Notes: generated from the letters alone by a model not told the origin. A stretch of DNA of 64,000 bases from an uncultured Brevinematales bacterium (GCA_964475465.1 CAYYXA010000027.1:2397-66396); one strand, 5' to 3'. Positions 28,746 through 38,881 are shown, counted from the stretch's first letter. Translations and numbers: made by a program.

Positions 28746-29484
28746 GAGAATAAACTTCCTTAGCAAGAGATAAATAATCCTGTGCACCTTTACTTTCGGG
28801 AGCATACAGAAATATTGGCTTACCGTACTTTGGTGCTTCAGCTAAGAGAGGATCAAACCTTACAACCGTTGAGAACCTTTTTGCTGAACCAAGGTGATCC
28901 TCAATAACATCACCGTCTTCTTCAAAGTGAGTCAACAAGACACCATCTACTTTTAAACTCTTATTCTTCCTTTCTATGATCTTATTGAGAATATTTAACA
29001 TCTGCTTGGTAGCTTCAATTGAAAGAAAATCATATCTAATGGGAATTATAACTTCATTAGCAGCAATTAGAGCGCTTAGCCCCATCATACCAATGTTGGG
29101 AGGACAATCCAAAATAATAAACTCAAATTTTCCATCAACTCCACTTATACATCTCTTTAGTAAGTATTCACCATCTTTTCTAAAAAACAAAACAGGCTCG
29201 ATCTTCGACAAATTTAGGTAAGATGGCAAAAGGTACAAATTTGGCACCAGCGTTTCAACTAAAGCATCCTCAATCTTAACTTCACCGTTCAACACCCCAA
29301 AAACAGATTTTTTTGGTAAGCTAGGATCAACCCCTAGCGATATTGTAGCACTAGCCTGAGGATCAACATCAACTAGGAGGACTTTACTCCTGTAGAAAAT
29401 AGCAAAAGCAGAAGAAAGGTTAACAGCAGTTGTTGTTTTGCCCGTACCTCCTTTCCTATTTGAGATAGCAATAACCCTACTCAT
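28738..29484 (-). CDS. ParA/MinD-family P-loop ATPase (orphan ParA-like)
   Basis: Deviant Walker A AISNRKGGTGKTTTAVNL. Walker A' and Walker B are at VLLVDVDPQ and ILDCPP. 248 aa with no N-terminal extension. Confidence 0.8.
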   Translation of the reverse strand: MSRVIAISNRKGGTGKTTTAVNLSSAFAIFYRSKVLLVDVDPQASATISLGVDPSLPKKSVFGVLNGEVKIEDALVETLVPNLYLLPSYLNLSKIEPVLFFRKDGEYLLKRCISGVDGKFEFIILDCPPNIGMMGLSALIAANEVIIPIRYDFLSIEATKQMLNILNKIIERKNKSLKVDGVLLTHFEEDGDVIEDHLGSAKRFSTVVRFDPLLAEAPKYGKPIFLYAPESKGAQDYLSLAKEVYSLT

Positions 29485-30215
29485 AACAAATCCGACAAAT
29501 CCTTTATCCTTTTCTTGACAAATCTATATCTTAAGAGAACTATAAAAACACCAACAAGAAGAAGACCAAAAGTAGCCACAATATACACTAAATACTTCCG
29601 GGAAAAAACATTTTCCTCTCTTACAACAATATTCGTTTCAAAAACAAAATTCGTAATACTCACAACATTTAGCTGAGTAGAATACAAACTACTCCCAAGC
29701 TCTTTGACCTCATCCAATACTCTTTTCTCAAGATCAGTAAAAGAGTAACCACCTTTTGCACCTTTAGACTTATCAAAATTCCTAGCTTCGACAGCTTTGT
29801 TCAGAACTATTTTAATCACATTCTTAATCGCAATAACTCTACTAATAGTTACGTCAATTTTTCCTACTATATACGATTTGACAGCCTCAGTAGTGTATCT
29901 CCTTATGCTCGTTATGAGTTCGCTCTTACTCGGTCTAAGAACAATAATTTCCTCAGAAAAACTTTCATAAGAAGATCCAACCTCATTAGAAAGAGTTTCC
30001 AAAATCTTATCAGCAAAACTTATTGTTTCATTGAGCTTAACAATAGCGTGTTCGTAATCACCAGTTATAAAGTAACTTACCCCAATCTCAGCCTTCTCCC
30101 TGAGCACTAAAATAGCTTCACTTATGCTCCCAATTTCAGCAGGATGCACACCCAAAACAGTTACAAACGAAAATATTACAATAAAAATCTTCCTAGCTAT
30201 TTTATATTTCATCAC
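29481..30215 (-). CDS. Hypothetical protein with N-terminal signal/anchor and C-terminal TM helix, co-operonic with ParA-like ATPase
   Basis: Hydrophobic N-terminus (IFIVIFSFVTVLGV) and C-terminal TM (LVYIVATFGLLLVGVFIVLL). 4-nt ATGA overlap with the ParA gene. Confidence 0.45.
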   Translation of the reverse strand: MMKYKIARKIFIVIFSFVTVLGVHPAEIGSISEAILVLREKAEIGVSYFITGDYEHAIVKLNETISFADKILETLSNEVGSSYESFSEEIIVLRPSKSELITSIRRYTTEAVKSYIVGKIDVTISRVIAIKNVIKIVLNKAVEARNFDKSKGAKGGYSFTDLEKRVLDEVKELGSSLYSTQLNVVSITNFVFETNIVVREENVFSRKYLVYIVATFGLLLVGVFIVLLRYRFVKKRIKDLSDLL

Positions 30216-30218
30216 AAC

Positions 30219-31007
30219 TTATTTTCTTGGTATACGGCTCAAAGCCTTCTTTATGTCTGGGTTGTTTGGATCAAGCTTGCTTGCTTCAATTAAAAGTTCT
30301 CTAGCAGCCGAGTAATTTTCATCATCCAATAATCTTATAGCCTTTTCATAGAGTTCTCTAGCCTTAGCTTTGCTGTCAGAAACTGACGGAGACGGAGAAG
30401 TTAAATTTACACTAGACCCATTCCCTATTTTCAACTGTTGTGACACTTCACCAGAAGAACTAGGAAGATTCATCTCTTCTTTAATAACGTTTATCGAATA
30501 CTTTATTTCTTCCGCCAATACCTCTCTCATGACCTCAAATATCGCTTGCTTCAAAACTGCTTTAACTTCGTTTCTCGCGGCACTCCTCAACAATTCATCA
30601 AAAGATTCTCTAATGGTATCGCTAACCAAAGCAAATATTTCACCTCTTATTTGCCCCATGGAATTCGAGAGAACAATGGCAATACTTCTCTTTAGATCGT
30701 CTCTATCCATCACAGAAGCACCAACTTGAGTTTGTGGCTGAATCTCTACTTTAGCAGCAGTAGAAACACTCCCCGTTTTCTTCTTACCTCCTCCTATTTT
30801 CTCATAAAGTTTCTTAGCTTGCTCATAATCAGGGTCGATAGCAAGAGCTTTCTCTAATTCAGCAATAGCACCATCAACATCACCAGCAACATAAAGAGAT
30901 TTAGCAGTCTCATAATGTTTCTTGGCCTCCTCAGAAGCAGCAAAAGCAGCAAAACTAAACAAGAAAATGATAGCCACTAAAGCACCACATAACTTAATAC
31001 TCCTCAT
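30219..31007 (-). CDS. Secreted TPR-repeat protein
   Basis: A signal peptide is followed by TPR-like helices at both ends (AKSLYVAGDVDGAIAELEKALAIDPDY; ARELYEKAIRLLDDENYSAARELLIEASKLDPNN). A Ser/Gly-rich linker separates them. Confidence 0.5.
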   Translation of the reverse strand: MRSIKLCGALVAIIFLFSFAAFAASEEAKKHYETAKSLYVAGDVDGAIAELEKALAIDPDYEQAKKLYEKIGGGKKKTGSVSTAAKVEIQPQTQVGASVMDRDDLKRSIAIVLSNSMGQIRGEIFALVSDTIRESFDELLRSAARNEVKAVLKQAIFEVMREVLAEEIKYSINVIKEEMNLPSSSGEVSQQLKIGNGSSVNLTSPSPSVSDSKAKARELYEKAIRLLDDENYSAARELLIEASKLDPNNPDIKKALSRIPRK

Positions 31008-31029
31008 AAAAACCTCCCTTTCAATCTTC

Positions 31030-31413
31030 TCATTCCTCTAAAGACAAAATATCTTCTATCTTCTGAAGCATTGATTTAGCAGTATTATTATTCGGATTTA
31101 TTTTTAGAACATTTTCAAGCTCCCTCTTAGCATTTATATAATCTTTATTAGCAAAGTATACCATAGCCTTAGCAAAATGCTCGTTTTCTCTAACTCTAAT
31201 ATTCTCCTCCTCTCTCTTCTTAACAAAGTTAGGATCTATAGACTTAGCAACAAACTTAGAGGAACCAACACTAAAACCAACCGAACCTGAATTGTTGAAC
31301 CCCAAACCATCAAAAAAACCAAAATAATCCAGTTTGGCAAAATCAAGCCTATATGAAGCACCCATGAAAAACATAACTTCACTACCAAACTTAACATCTC
31401 CCTTAACGATCAA
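31030..31413 (-). CDS. Small protein with a C-terminal TPR-like motif
   Basis: C-terminal YFANKDYINAKRELENVLKINPNN. The N-terminal half is beta-rich (GFNNSGSVGFSVG). Confidence 0.35.
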   Translation of the reverse strand: MIVKGDVKFGSEVMFFMGASYRLDFAKLDYFGFFDGLGFNNSGSVGFSVGSSKFVAKSIDPNFVKKREEENIRVRENEHFAKAMVYFANKDYINAKRELENVLKINPNNNTAKSMLQKIEDILSLEE

Positions 31414-31551
31414 ATTTTCAGTTTCAACATTCTATTAAATCAAAAAGCAAATTATTCCTTTCAGTCAGTAAAAACTTACCTAAACTACACAACTACCAAA
31501 GATCCCAAATTCAGCAATGAAGGGAAAAGTACTTTGAGGAACTACTGAACA

Positions 31552-32358
31552 TTATAGAAAATATTCCCTGAAAAGTAAAGCATTAGTAACAGCCTGACCG
31601 TTGTGACAATTGTTAAAAAACACATAAAGCTTATCAAATTTACCATATGAAGATTTTATTTTATCCACCCACTCAAGTAGCTCACCCTCAGAATACAGAT
31701 AATCATACCTCAATTTTTCACCTCTGTACCACTTACTAGCATCCCTACTATGAAACCTGATATAACCTATCCGATTGGTAACAAAAAACTCCCTTGGCAT
31801 AAGCCCCTTTATATCAGGCTCATCAACGCTAACGAAAGTTATTCCCTCCTTCTCAAAAATTTCAAAAACCTCATCTCTAACCCAAGTATTGTTTCTAAAT
31901 TCAATAGCAAGGACATAGTCCTTGAAAAACCTTTTCAACTTAATTATATATTCCAAATTTCCCTCAGAATAAACAAAACTTTGAGGAAACTGGCCAAGCA
32001 AAACATTAACCCTACCCAAACTCCGCATACTATCAACAGCAACCAGAAATTCATAAGCTTCCTTAGGTAATTCAGTATAAGGTTGTAATAAGCCTTCAGA
32101 ATAAAATTGATGTGTAAATGAACTATGCAGCTTCACAGTAAACTCAAAATCAAAAGGCACATTTCTAGCTATACTCCTGAGAACATACCTATTAGGCAAA
32201 CTATAGTAAGTGAAGTTAATTTCAACGACATTGAAATATTGTGAGTAATAAGCAAGAAACTCATTCTTCTTCAAGTACTCTGGATAAAAATTCCCTACCC
32301 AATCGTCATAACTCCACCCAGATGTACCAATTAGAATTTTTTTATCCATACACCCCAA
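31552..32358 (-). CDS. DUF72 family protein (YecE-like)
   Basis: KILIGTSGWSYDDWVGNFYP is the DUF72 N-terminal signature. Confidence 0.8.
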   Translation of the reverse strand: MGCMDKKILIGTSGWSYDDWVGNFYPEYLKKNEFLAYYSQYFNVVEINFTYYSLPNRYVLRSIARNVPFDFEFTVKLHSSFTHQFYSEGLLQPYTELPKEAYEFLVAVDSMRSLGRVNVLLGQFPQSFVYSEGNLEYIIKLKRFFKDYVLAIEFRNNTWVRDEVFEIFEKEGITFVSVDEPDIKGLMPREFFVTNRIGYIRFHSRDASKWYRGEKLRYDYLYSEGELLEWVDKIKSSYGKFDKLYVFFNNCHNGQAVTNALLFREYFL

Positions 32359-32933
32359 TAAAAACTTCTACCTTCGGCAAGCCACTTCTCATAGTATAAT
32401 GTAGGCACAAACAACTTTCTAAACTCCAAAAGTTCATCATAACTAAAATCCCAATTACCCAAAACCTTCGTAAACAGTTCGTTAACTTCTGTAAAAATAT
32501 ATTCAACATCGGTAATAAGGTTAAAGGTAGCACCAACCTTTGAGATTCTATCAACCATTATAGCACTTGATATCTCAAAAAGTCTATTCCGCCAAGTAGA
32601 AGACTTCGGCCAAGGATCAGGAAATAACATAAACGTTTTACAGACAACAGAAGAAGGAAAAAAAAGAGGTATAATCTCCTTGGCATTCCCAGAAAACACA
32701 AATGTGTTTTCCAGACCTTCTCTCGAAATTTTTCTATAGCACTTCCTTGCTCTCTTGATGTCAAGCTCTATACCTATCACATTCTTATCTTTAAAAGTTT
32801 TCCCTAAGTGAACTAGAAATATCCCATTCCCACTACCTAATTCTAAAACTACTTCTCTGCTAAAAAGATCAGATATTTCAATATCTTGAAAAGAGGTGTA
32901 TACATCCTTTCTCATAAAATCAAGCACCTCCAT
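32331..32933 (-). CDS. trmB: tRNA (guanine-N7)-methyltransferase
   Basis: VLELGSGNG (motif I) and FPDPWPK (the TrmB signature). Confidence 0.8.
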   Translation of the reverse strand: MEVLDFMRKDVYTSFQDIEISDLFSREVVLELGSGNGIFLVHLGKTFKDKNVIGIELDIKRARKCYRKISREGLENTFVFSGNAKEIIPLFFPSSVVCKTFMLFPDPWPKSSTWRNRLFEISSAIMVDRISKVGATFNLITDVEYIFTEVNELFTKVLGNWDFSYDELLEFRKLFVPTLYYEKWLAEGRSFYWGVWIKKF

Positions 32934-32934
32934 T

Positions 32935-34113
32935 TCATAAACCTACCTTAACCTTCTCTACCGAATAATCCCCAACCTTCAAAACCTCAAGAGTAATCCC
33001 CATAAACTCAATTTTATCACCAACCTTTGGCATAGACTTATTGAGTTCCAATAGGAGGCCATTCAGTGTGGAAACTTTCGAAACTCCAGGAAACTTTTCA
33101 ACAACATTCTCATAAACCATACCTAAAACGTTGAAAAGATATCTCAAGTTGGTATTACCACTCAAAACAAAACTTCTTCCACCATATTCTTTAACTCTAT
33201 CAATAAGAGTAAGATCCAATATATTGCTCATGAGTATTTCAATATCAAAAATCCCAATAGGTACCCCCGTATCATCAACAACAACACCCAATTTATCAAG
33301 TGCTAAAGATGACTTCTCATCAATTAGCTCCCTAACAGAAAGATTTTCATAAAAAACATTTTCCACTTTTCTGGAAACTTCACCTAGTTTCTTGATTTTA
33401 GGCAAAGAGATTAGATCTTTAACACTGACATATCCCACTATCCTAAATCCGTCAGAAACCAATATTTTTGAAAACTTAGAATCCTTCACGTACTCAATAG
33501 TTTCAATAATGCTCATGTTCACAAACAAAACAGGTACCTCATTTATAGGTATCATCAATTCTTTTACTGTGTAATCTTCTATATTAAGCATAGCAGTGAG
33601 GAACTCGTAAACTTCCTTATCATCCTCTTCATCTATCTCACTTTGAATAACCGATATAACATGAGTAAAAGATTGGTTGGAACCCGATGAAGGCAAAAAA
33701 TTATTCAGCAAAGATAAAGGATAGAGTATCCAAGAAATTGCTAAAACTATTTTCTCCTTGTAATGCCTAAAAACCAGTTTAGGAATAAGCTCCGAAAAAA
33801 CAAATAAGAAAGGCGTAATAAAAAGTATAGACAATATAGCAGTTAACCACTCAGGCAGATTAAACTTCAAGAAAGCAAAATAAGTTGAAATAGAAAAGCC
33901 CACATTGCTCAATGTGTTAGTAAAAAGAAGAAACAATATCAAAAACCTCTTCCCAAGAACAATACTTTCGAGCTTCCTCAACTCTTTAGAAGTCAAGTCC
34001 AACTTAGAGATATCATAAATACTTAAAGCTATAACAGCAGCCTCAACACCCGAAGACAAACTACTAACTATAACAAAAACCAAAGATAAAAATATAAGTT
34101 CCATACTATTCAA
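32935..34113 (-). CDS. HlyC/CorC (CNNM) family transporter: DUF21 membrane domain plus CBS pair plus CorC_HlyC C-terminal domain
   Basis: An N-terminal 4-TM DUF21-like region is followed by a CBS pair and a C-terminal transporter-associated domain. Confidence 0.75.
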   Translation of the reverse strand: MNSMELIFLSLVFVIVSSLSSGVEAAVIALSIYDISKLDLTSKELRKLESIVLGKRFLILFLLFTNTLSNVGFSISTYFAFLKFNLPEWLTAILSILFITPFLFVFSELIPKLVFRHYKEKIVLAISWILYPLSLLNNFLPSSGSNQSFTHVISVIQSEIDEEDDKEVYEFLTAMLNIEDYTVKELMIPINEVPVLFVNMSIIETIEYVKDSKFSKILVSDGFRIVGYVSVKDLISLPKIKKLGEVSRKVENVFYENLSVRELIDEKSSLALDKLGVVVDDTGVPIGIFDIEILMSNILDLTLIDRVKEYGGRSFVLSGNTNLRYLFNVLGMVYENVVEKFPGVSKVSTLNGLLLELNKSMPKVGDKIEFMGITLEVLKVGDYSVEKVKVGL

Positions 34114-34654
34114 TAGTTGCTTCTATTTCTTCAAGTTCCAATGGATAAATATCAGGCGTTGTTCTCAATCCTCTACCTCTCAATTTTGCCGATGATGAAA
34201 TTATAGTAGTACTGTCACTCTTATCGTTGTATATAATTCTTCTATTCCCATCCCAAACAAGCCTAGTAGCAAGTATCGTTATATCCGCATCTCTCTTTTC
34301 CATAACAACATTACTCACAACCTCAGCCATATTCCTATCTTTATACAAAATACCAAAATCCCCCTTTAGTGAAGAAACAATTCTACCTCTAGAATTATAA
34401 AACTTTATATCTATATCTTTTAGCTTGACATTACCATCTTTGTATATTATCGCTTCACCAGAAAAAAGCTCATACGACTTTCTAGCAGTTTTGAAGTCAA
34501 CACCTAAATACTTAAACTCCTTAGAAATCAATAAAATCTCGTTTGTCTTAAAATCTTTGAAATCAACAGTTATTACCGGCGGCTCAACATCATAATAACA
34601 TCCACCAAAAAACATAACAACTCCCAAAACCAAAAAATTCAATAGTTTTTTCAT
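34106..34654 (-). CDS. Hypothetical lipoprotein (LptC/OstA-like size and beta-rich composition)
   Basis: Signal peptide with FFGGC lipobox. About 160 aa, beta-rich. Confidence 0.35.
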   Translation of the reverse strand: MKKLLNFLVLGVVMFFGGCYYDVEPPVITVDFKDFKTNEILLISKEFKYLGVDFKTARKSYELFSGEAIIYKDGNVKLKDIDIKFYNSRGRIVSSLKGDFGILYKDRNMAEVVSNVVMEKRDADITILATRLVWDGNRRIIYNDKSDSTTIISSSAKLRGRGLRTTPDIYPLELEEIEATIE

Positions 34655-34919
34655 CTTCTAATTTTAACACATCCAAAAAAAAATTATCCAAAAAACAGAA
34701 TGTACCGAAAAACTTACAAAACAACCTATTCCACATCAAAGTACGATCTCTTCTAAAGCTGATTTAAGTACTTAAAAAGTAGTATCGGAAACCTACTTAA
34801 GCATTACTTCATACCTTCATTTTTACTAAATAACAAACGAACTCCAAAAATAAGTTTCAAAAACGGCAACAAAACCTTTATCATATAAAGATATGAGTAG
34901 GTCTTCCGAAAATAGCTTT

Positions 34920-35351
34920 ATGAACTATACAAAGATTTACAAAGAGACACAGATAGAAACGGCGAGTCCTGTAAAGCTAATAGTTATTCTCTACGAAATA
35001 ATAATCAACTCAATTGAACAAGCCAAAAGCTACATGGCAGAAAAAAAATATGACCTTGTCAACAAGGAACTGTCAAGAGCTCAAGACGGAATAATTGAGC
35101 TTATAGCGGCACTTGACTTTGATAAAGGTGGTGATATTGCAAAGAACCTCTATTCCATTTACCTATTCTGTAGCAGAAGATTATTCGAAGGTAACATAGA
35201 AAAGAACCCCCAAATGCTAGACGAAGTTAAGAATATACTATCTAACCTGAAAGAAGCATGGGAAAGAATAGCTACAATGGTTTCAGAAGAAACAACCACT
35301 CAAAGTCAAAACGCAAAAGAACCAACAAAGAGCATAGATATAGAAAGCTAG
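34920..35351 (+). CDS. fliS: Flagellar export chaperone FliS
   Basis: ETASPVKLIVILYEIIINSIEQAK matches the conserved FliS N-terminal motif (TASPeeLi.mLYdgai). About 140 aa, helical. The upstream ATG at 34893 would add 9 aa. Confidence 0.7.
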   Translation: MNYTKIYKETQIETASPVKLIVILYEIIINSIEQAKSYMAEKKYDLVNKELSRAQDGIIELIAALDFDKGGDIAKNLYSIYLFCSRRLFEGNIEKNPQMLDEVKNILSNLKEAWERIATMVSEETTTQSQNAKEPTKSIDIES

Positions 35352-36139
35352 TAAGTTCTTAACACTCTGAAACCCTTTCCTATATACACTCCATTTCTTA
35401 TAGCTTTGGATATGAATTTCTTAGCCTTTCTTATAGCATCAATTGTACTTTCACCTTTAGTGAGATAAGCCGTTATGGCAGCTGAGAAACAACACCCTGT
35501 ACCATGCACATCTTCCTTAACAAACTTCTTTTCCTTAAAGACCACAAAGGTATTACCATCATACACTACATCAATAGCATAATCTCCTTCTAAATGTCCA
35601 CCCTTAACAACAACAACCTCAGCACCCACCTTGTGTATCTCCATAGCTGCCTTTTTCATATCATCTAAATTTTTTATTTCTATACCTGTTAAGAGCTCTG
35701 CTTCAGGAATATTCGGTGTCACAACAAAGGCAATAGGTATCAAACTCTTAATTACTGTTTCAATAGCTTCGTCCTTAAGAAGGGGAGCACCATGCTTTGA
35801 TCTCATCACGGGATCAACAACAACGCCTCTAAGGTTTTTCGAAAGCTCTTTTTTCAATCTTTCCGACACAACCTTAACTATGTCACTAGAAGACAACATT
35901 CCCGTTTTGGCAAAAACCACATTCAAATCACTGAAAACAGATTCCAACTGCTCTCTAACGAAATCAGGAGTGGAATCATAAATACCCTGTACCCCCAAAG
36001 TATTCTGAGCAGTCAAGGAAGTTATAACAGAAGCACCAAAAACCCCTATAGCATTAAATGTTTTCAAATCGATCTGAACACCTGCCCCACCACCACTATC
36101 TGAACCTGCAATTGTCAAAGCAACTTTTTCCAAATCCAT
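35348..36139 (-). CDS. thiD: Hydroxymethylpyrimidine/phosphomethylpyrimidine kinase
   Basis: LTIAGSDSGGGAGVQIDLKT and HGTGCCFSAAITAYL are ThiD signatures. Confidence 0.85.
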   Translation of the reverse strand: MDLEKVALTIAGSDSGGGAGVQIDLKTFNAIGVFGASVITSLTAQNTLGVQGIYDSTPDFVREQLESVFSDLNVVFAKTGMLSSSDIVKVVSERLKKELSKNLRGVVVDPVMRSKHGAPLLKDEAIETVIKSLIPIAFVVTPNIPEAELLTGIEIKNLDDMKKAAMEIHKVGAEVVVVKGGHLEGDYAIDVVYDGNTFVVFKEKKFVKEDVHGTGCCFSAAITAYLTKGESTIDAIRKAKKFISKAIRNGVYIGKGFRVLRTY

Positions 36140-36326
36140 ATTAGGTTCAATTGTAACTAAAATAAAACAGGAATATCAAGATAGCAACTCCTTTCAGTAT
36201 CATTCAATTCCATGAAGAAGTGCTCTAAGCACATAGTAACTTAGAAATCAACTGAGAACTACTTCAAAAAGTCCAATTTTTTGACTTTAGCAAAAACCCG
36301 TTTATATTATTATTTAGGAGGGGTAA

Positions 36327-37361
36327 ATGAAAAAAAATTTCCCAATAGCAGTTTTCTTAATAGCTCTAACTTTTAGCCTCTCTGGGTGCTTCAATATATT
36401 TTCCCCCTTATTCGTAGACCCATTAACTAGTGATCTCTCAAATGTGTATGACACCTCATATCTAGTAGAGATTGGCGAGTACTACGCCGATATGGGAGAC
36501 TACATAAACGCTAAGAAATTCTTTGAAAGAGCGCTACAAATAAACCCAACAAACTCAAGAGCACTGATAGGTATGGCAAATTGCGAATTTTTTTCAATAG
36601 TTCCAAGAACGAACTTCATAGATTTCTTCAACAAAATAACCTCTAATACCAACACTTCTAACTACGTTGATTTCATAAACGTATTCGTAGAAGACAGCAA
36701 ATACTACAGTGCATCAAAAGTAATAAGAAACAATCTCTATATCATAGTGTCAGGTCAATCAGATAATCCCAAGTTGTCAGACGATATAAATGTAAACCTA
36801 AACTTCAGCTTGTTCAACAAAATATTCTCTATCTTTTACGCAGCTGATTCAGATAAAAATAACATCATAAACACGAATGACATAGTGTATAAATTCTTAA
36901 TTGACATGACTAACTCCTTAGATACTAACTTAATAATAAACGACTTTCTATTCTTAGGAAACGAAATAGTAAAAGCAATCGATGAATTCTTCACTCTCGG
37001 CTCACAATCCAAAAATTCGCTACTCTACATATCGAATAAGCTAAAATCTTCGGAAAATTCTCTAGAAGTGCAGCTATACAAGGTATTCAACGAAGTAGAT
37101 ACACAAATAAGTAACATTTACACAAATTACCTGGTAAAATACTCATTCTATTTAGATATGTATAACAGAATCATAGATTTGCTAAACAAAAATGGGATAT
37201 CCAATGTAGATAGCATCTTCGACCTAACAAATGCACTAAACATAACAGATTACTCCACATTTGATTACGAAGAAATAACAAATATACTCATAACAAACGA
37301 CTCAGCAGCTTGGGATATACTAACAAATTACCTTGACATAAATAAACTAACTAACGGGTAA
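36327..37361 (+). CDS. Lipoprotein with N-terminal TPR-like motif; hypothetical
   Basis: LSGC lipobox. YYADMGDYINAKKFFERALQINPTNSRAL is TPR-like. The remainder is Asn/Ile-rich and unknown. Confidence 0.45.
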   Translation: MKKNFPIAVFLIALTFSLSGCFNIFSPLFVDPLTSDLSNVYDTSYLVEIGEYYADMGDYINAKKFFERALQINPTNSRALIGMANCEFFSIVPRTNFIDFFNKITSNTNTSNYVDFINVFVEDSKYYSASKVIRNNLYIIVSGQSDNPKLSDDINVNLNFSLFNKIFSIFYAADSDKNNIINTNDIVYKFLIDMTNSLDTNLIINDFLFLGNEIVKAIDEFFTLGSQSKNSLLYISNKLKSSENSLEVQLYKVFNEVDTQISNIYTNYLVKYSFYLDMYNRIIDLLNKNGISNVDSIFDLTNALNITDYSTFDYEEITNILITNDSAAWDILTNYLDINKLTNG

Positions 37362-37365
37362 ACCT

Positions 37366-38541
37366 ATGAGAAGAATAACTATTATACTGGCAATAGCTTT
37401 GTTATCAGTGAACGCACTTGGTGAAGTTGAATCCTTTCTAATGTCTCCAAAGCAAATGGCACTAGGTGGAACAATTCTGTTACATCCTTTTGAAAATACG
37501 GCTTTCTTAAAAAACCCCGCAATAGCATCGTACACAAAACAACCTAACTCCTACATAGCAAAACTATCAACCCTATTAGGAGCAAACATAGGATACCTTG
37601 ACAAAGCATTACAATTGTCTTCATATCAACTTTCATCGCTATGGGCAGGATTTGACTACAGTAGAATACTAAGCAACGCGATGAACGATCCCTACGGCAT
37701 TGCTCTAAACTCTGATCCTGAGGTAGGACTATTTGGTCCTCTGTGTCTAGGATACGTAGGAAATGGTATAGGTATAATGATATACGACAACTCATTCTCT
37801 TCAATTGACGTAAAGCAAATGCCCGGCTTACCTTACTTAGTGCTAAAATCATTTTCAGAGATAGGAATAACTTTTGGCGTAAGTACATACTTTAGTATAT
37901 CAAAGTTCTATACACTACACACAGGAATTAGTTTTTCCTACTACAAAAGGTACAAAGTACCTTTCGATAACGGGGCATCAATTTCTGAATTAATGAACTA
38001 TTACGAGAATACAAAAAACAACATATACGAGTACGATGTATCTGATAACTTCTCTGGTAATCTAGGTATAATATTAGATGACGGTGAACACCTAAGATAT
38101 GCAATAACACTAGAAAATTTTTTCGGCAGGACTTTCAATTGGTCCAAAATAAGGTTCACAGAAGGTAAAGAGGAAACCTTAGAATACAACTACTACCAAA
38201 CATACATACCACCCTCACTAAATCTAGGTGTAATGTACTACCTGCCGAAGATACCATACATACCTTCATTCCTTTTATCAGACTTTATGGTAGAATTAGA
38301 CATCAAAAATCTAATCAACAAAGAATTCTGGTACAAAAAAATCTCTGTAGGCTCTGAAATATCAATACTGAAGGTAATAAAGTTGAGATGTGGAATAAAT
38401 CAAGGCTATCCAACCTTTGGCTTGGGAATCGATGCGTATTACCTAACAATAGATTTATCAATATACCAATACGAAAAGATGGTTTTACCTGGACAACAAG
38501 GATCACAAAGTATATCACTATCAGTTGAAATAAAAATATAA
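37366..38541 (+). CDS. Hypothetical secreted beta-rich protein (possible envelope/toga beta-barrel), co-operonic with the upstream lipoprotein
   Basis: Signal peptide (LAIALLSVNALGE) and alternating hydrophobic/aromatic beta-strand pattern. The start lies 4 nt after the upstream stop. Confidence 0.4.
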   Translation: MRRITIILAIALLSVNALGEVESFLMSPKQMALGGTILLHPFENTAFLKNPAIASYTKQPNSYIAKLSTLLGANIGYLDKALQLSSYQLSSLWAGFDYSRILSNAMNDPYGIALNSDPEVGLFGPLCLGYVGNGIGIMIYDNSFSSIDVKQMPGLPYLVLKSFSEIGITFGVSTYFSISKFYTLHTGISFSYYKRYKVPFDNGASISELMNYYENTKNNIYEYDVSDNFSGNLGIILDDGEHLRYAITLENFFGRTFNWSKIRFTEGKEETLEYNYYQTYIPPSLNLGVMYYLPKIPYIPSFLLSDFMVELDIKNLINKEFWYKKISVGSEISILKVIKLRCGINQGYPTFGLGIDAYYLTIDLSIYQYEKMVLPGQQGSQSISLSVEIKI

Positions 38542-38546
38542 CATTA

Positions 38547-38563
38547 GGGAGGCTCCACCTCCC
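38547..38563. terminator. Hairpin terminator after the 37366..38541 gene
   Basis: GGGAGG-CTCCA-CCTCCC followed by TTTATAG. Confidence 0.45.
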
Positions 38564-38619
38564 TTTATAGGGAATTAATAACCTTTCAACTTCAAATCAA
38601 GATACTTCCAAGACAAGAA

Positions 38620-38832
38620 TCATGGAGGCTTAGAAGACTCACTGCTTTTCTCGGGTAAGTTAATGCCATACAAATTCGATCCCAAATGTTCACAAATGGC
38701 TCTAGCTATTTGGTGAGCCACGTAATCAATGTAACTTGGATCCCTTATCTTACGCCTAAGATCTTCTATTTCTTCCTCTGAAAGCGAGGACCTTAGGCGG
38801 TTTTTGGATTGTCGAACCCTAATCTTGGACAT
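38620..38832 (-). CDS. Small basic hypothetical protein (70 aa)
   Basis: ATG at 38832 is preceded by GGAGGG at a 6-nt spacing. The product is MSKIRVRQSKNRLRSSLSEEEIEDLRRKIRDPSYIDYVAHQIARAICEHLGS... Confidence 0.4.
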   Translation of the reverse strand: MSKIRVRQSKNRLRSSLSEEEIEDLRRKIRDPSYIDYVAHQIARAICEHLGSNLYGINLPEKSSESSKPP

Positions 38833-38881
38833 CCTTGTCCCTCCTATATATTTTCCGGGAACATCCTTGTTCCCTTTTTTT

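Noticed and set aside
36140-36326. TPP riboswitch upstream of thiD (a CTGAGA hexamer is present)
   Set aside because: CTGAGA is on the wrong strand for thiD. Neither strand has the ACCTGATCTGGATAATGCCAGCG-like P4/P5 core.
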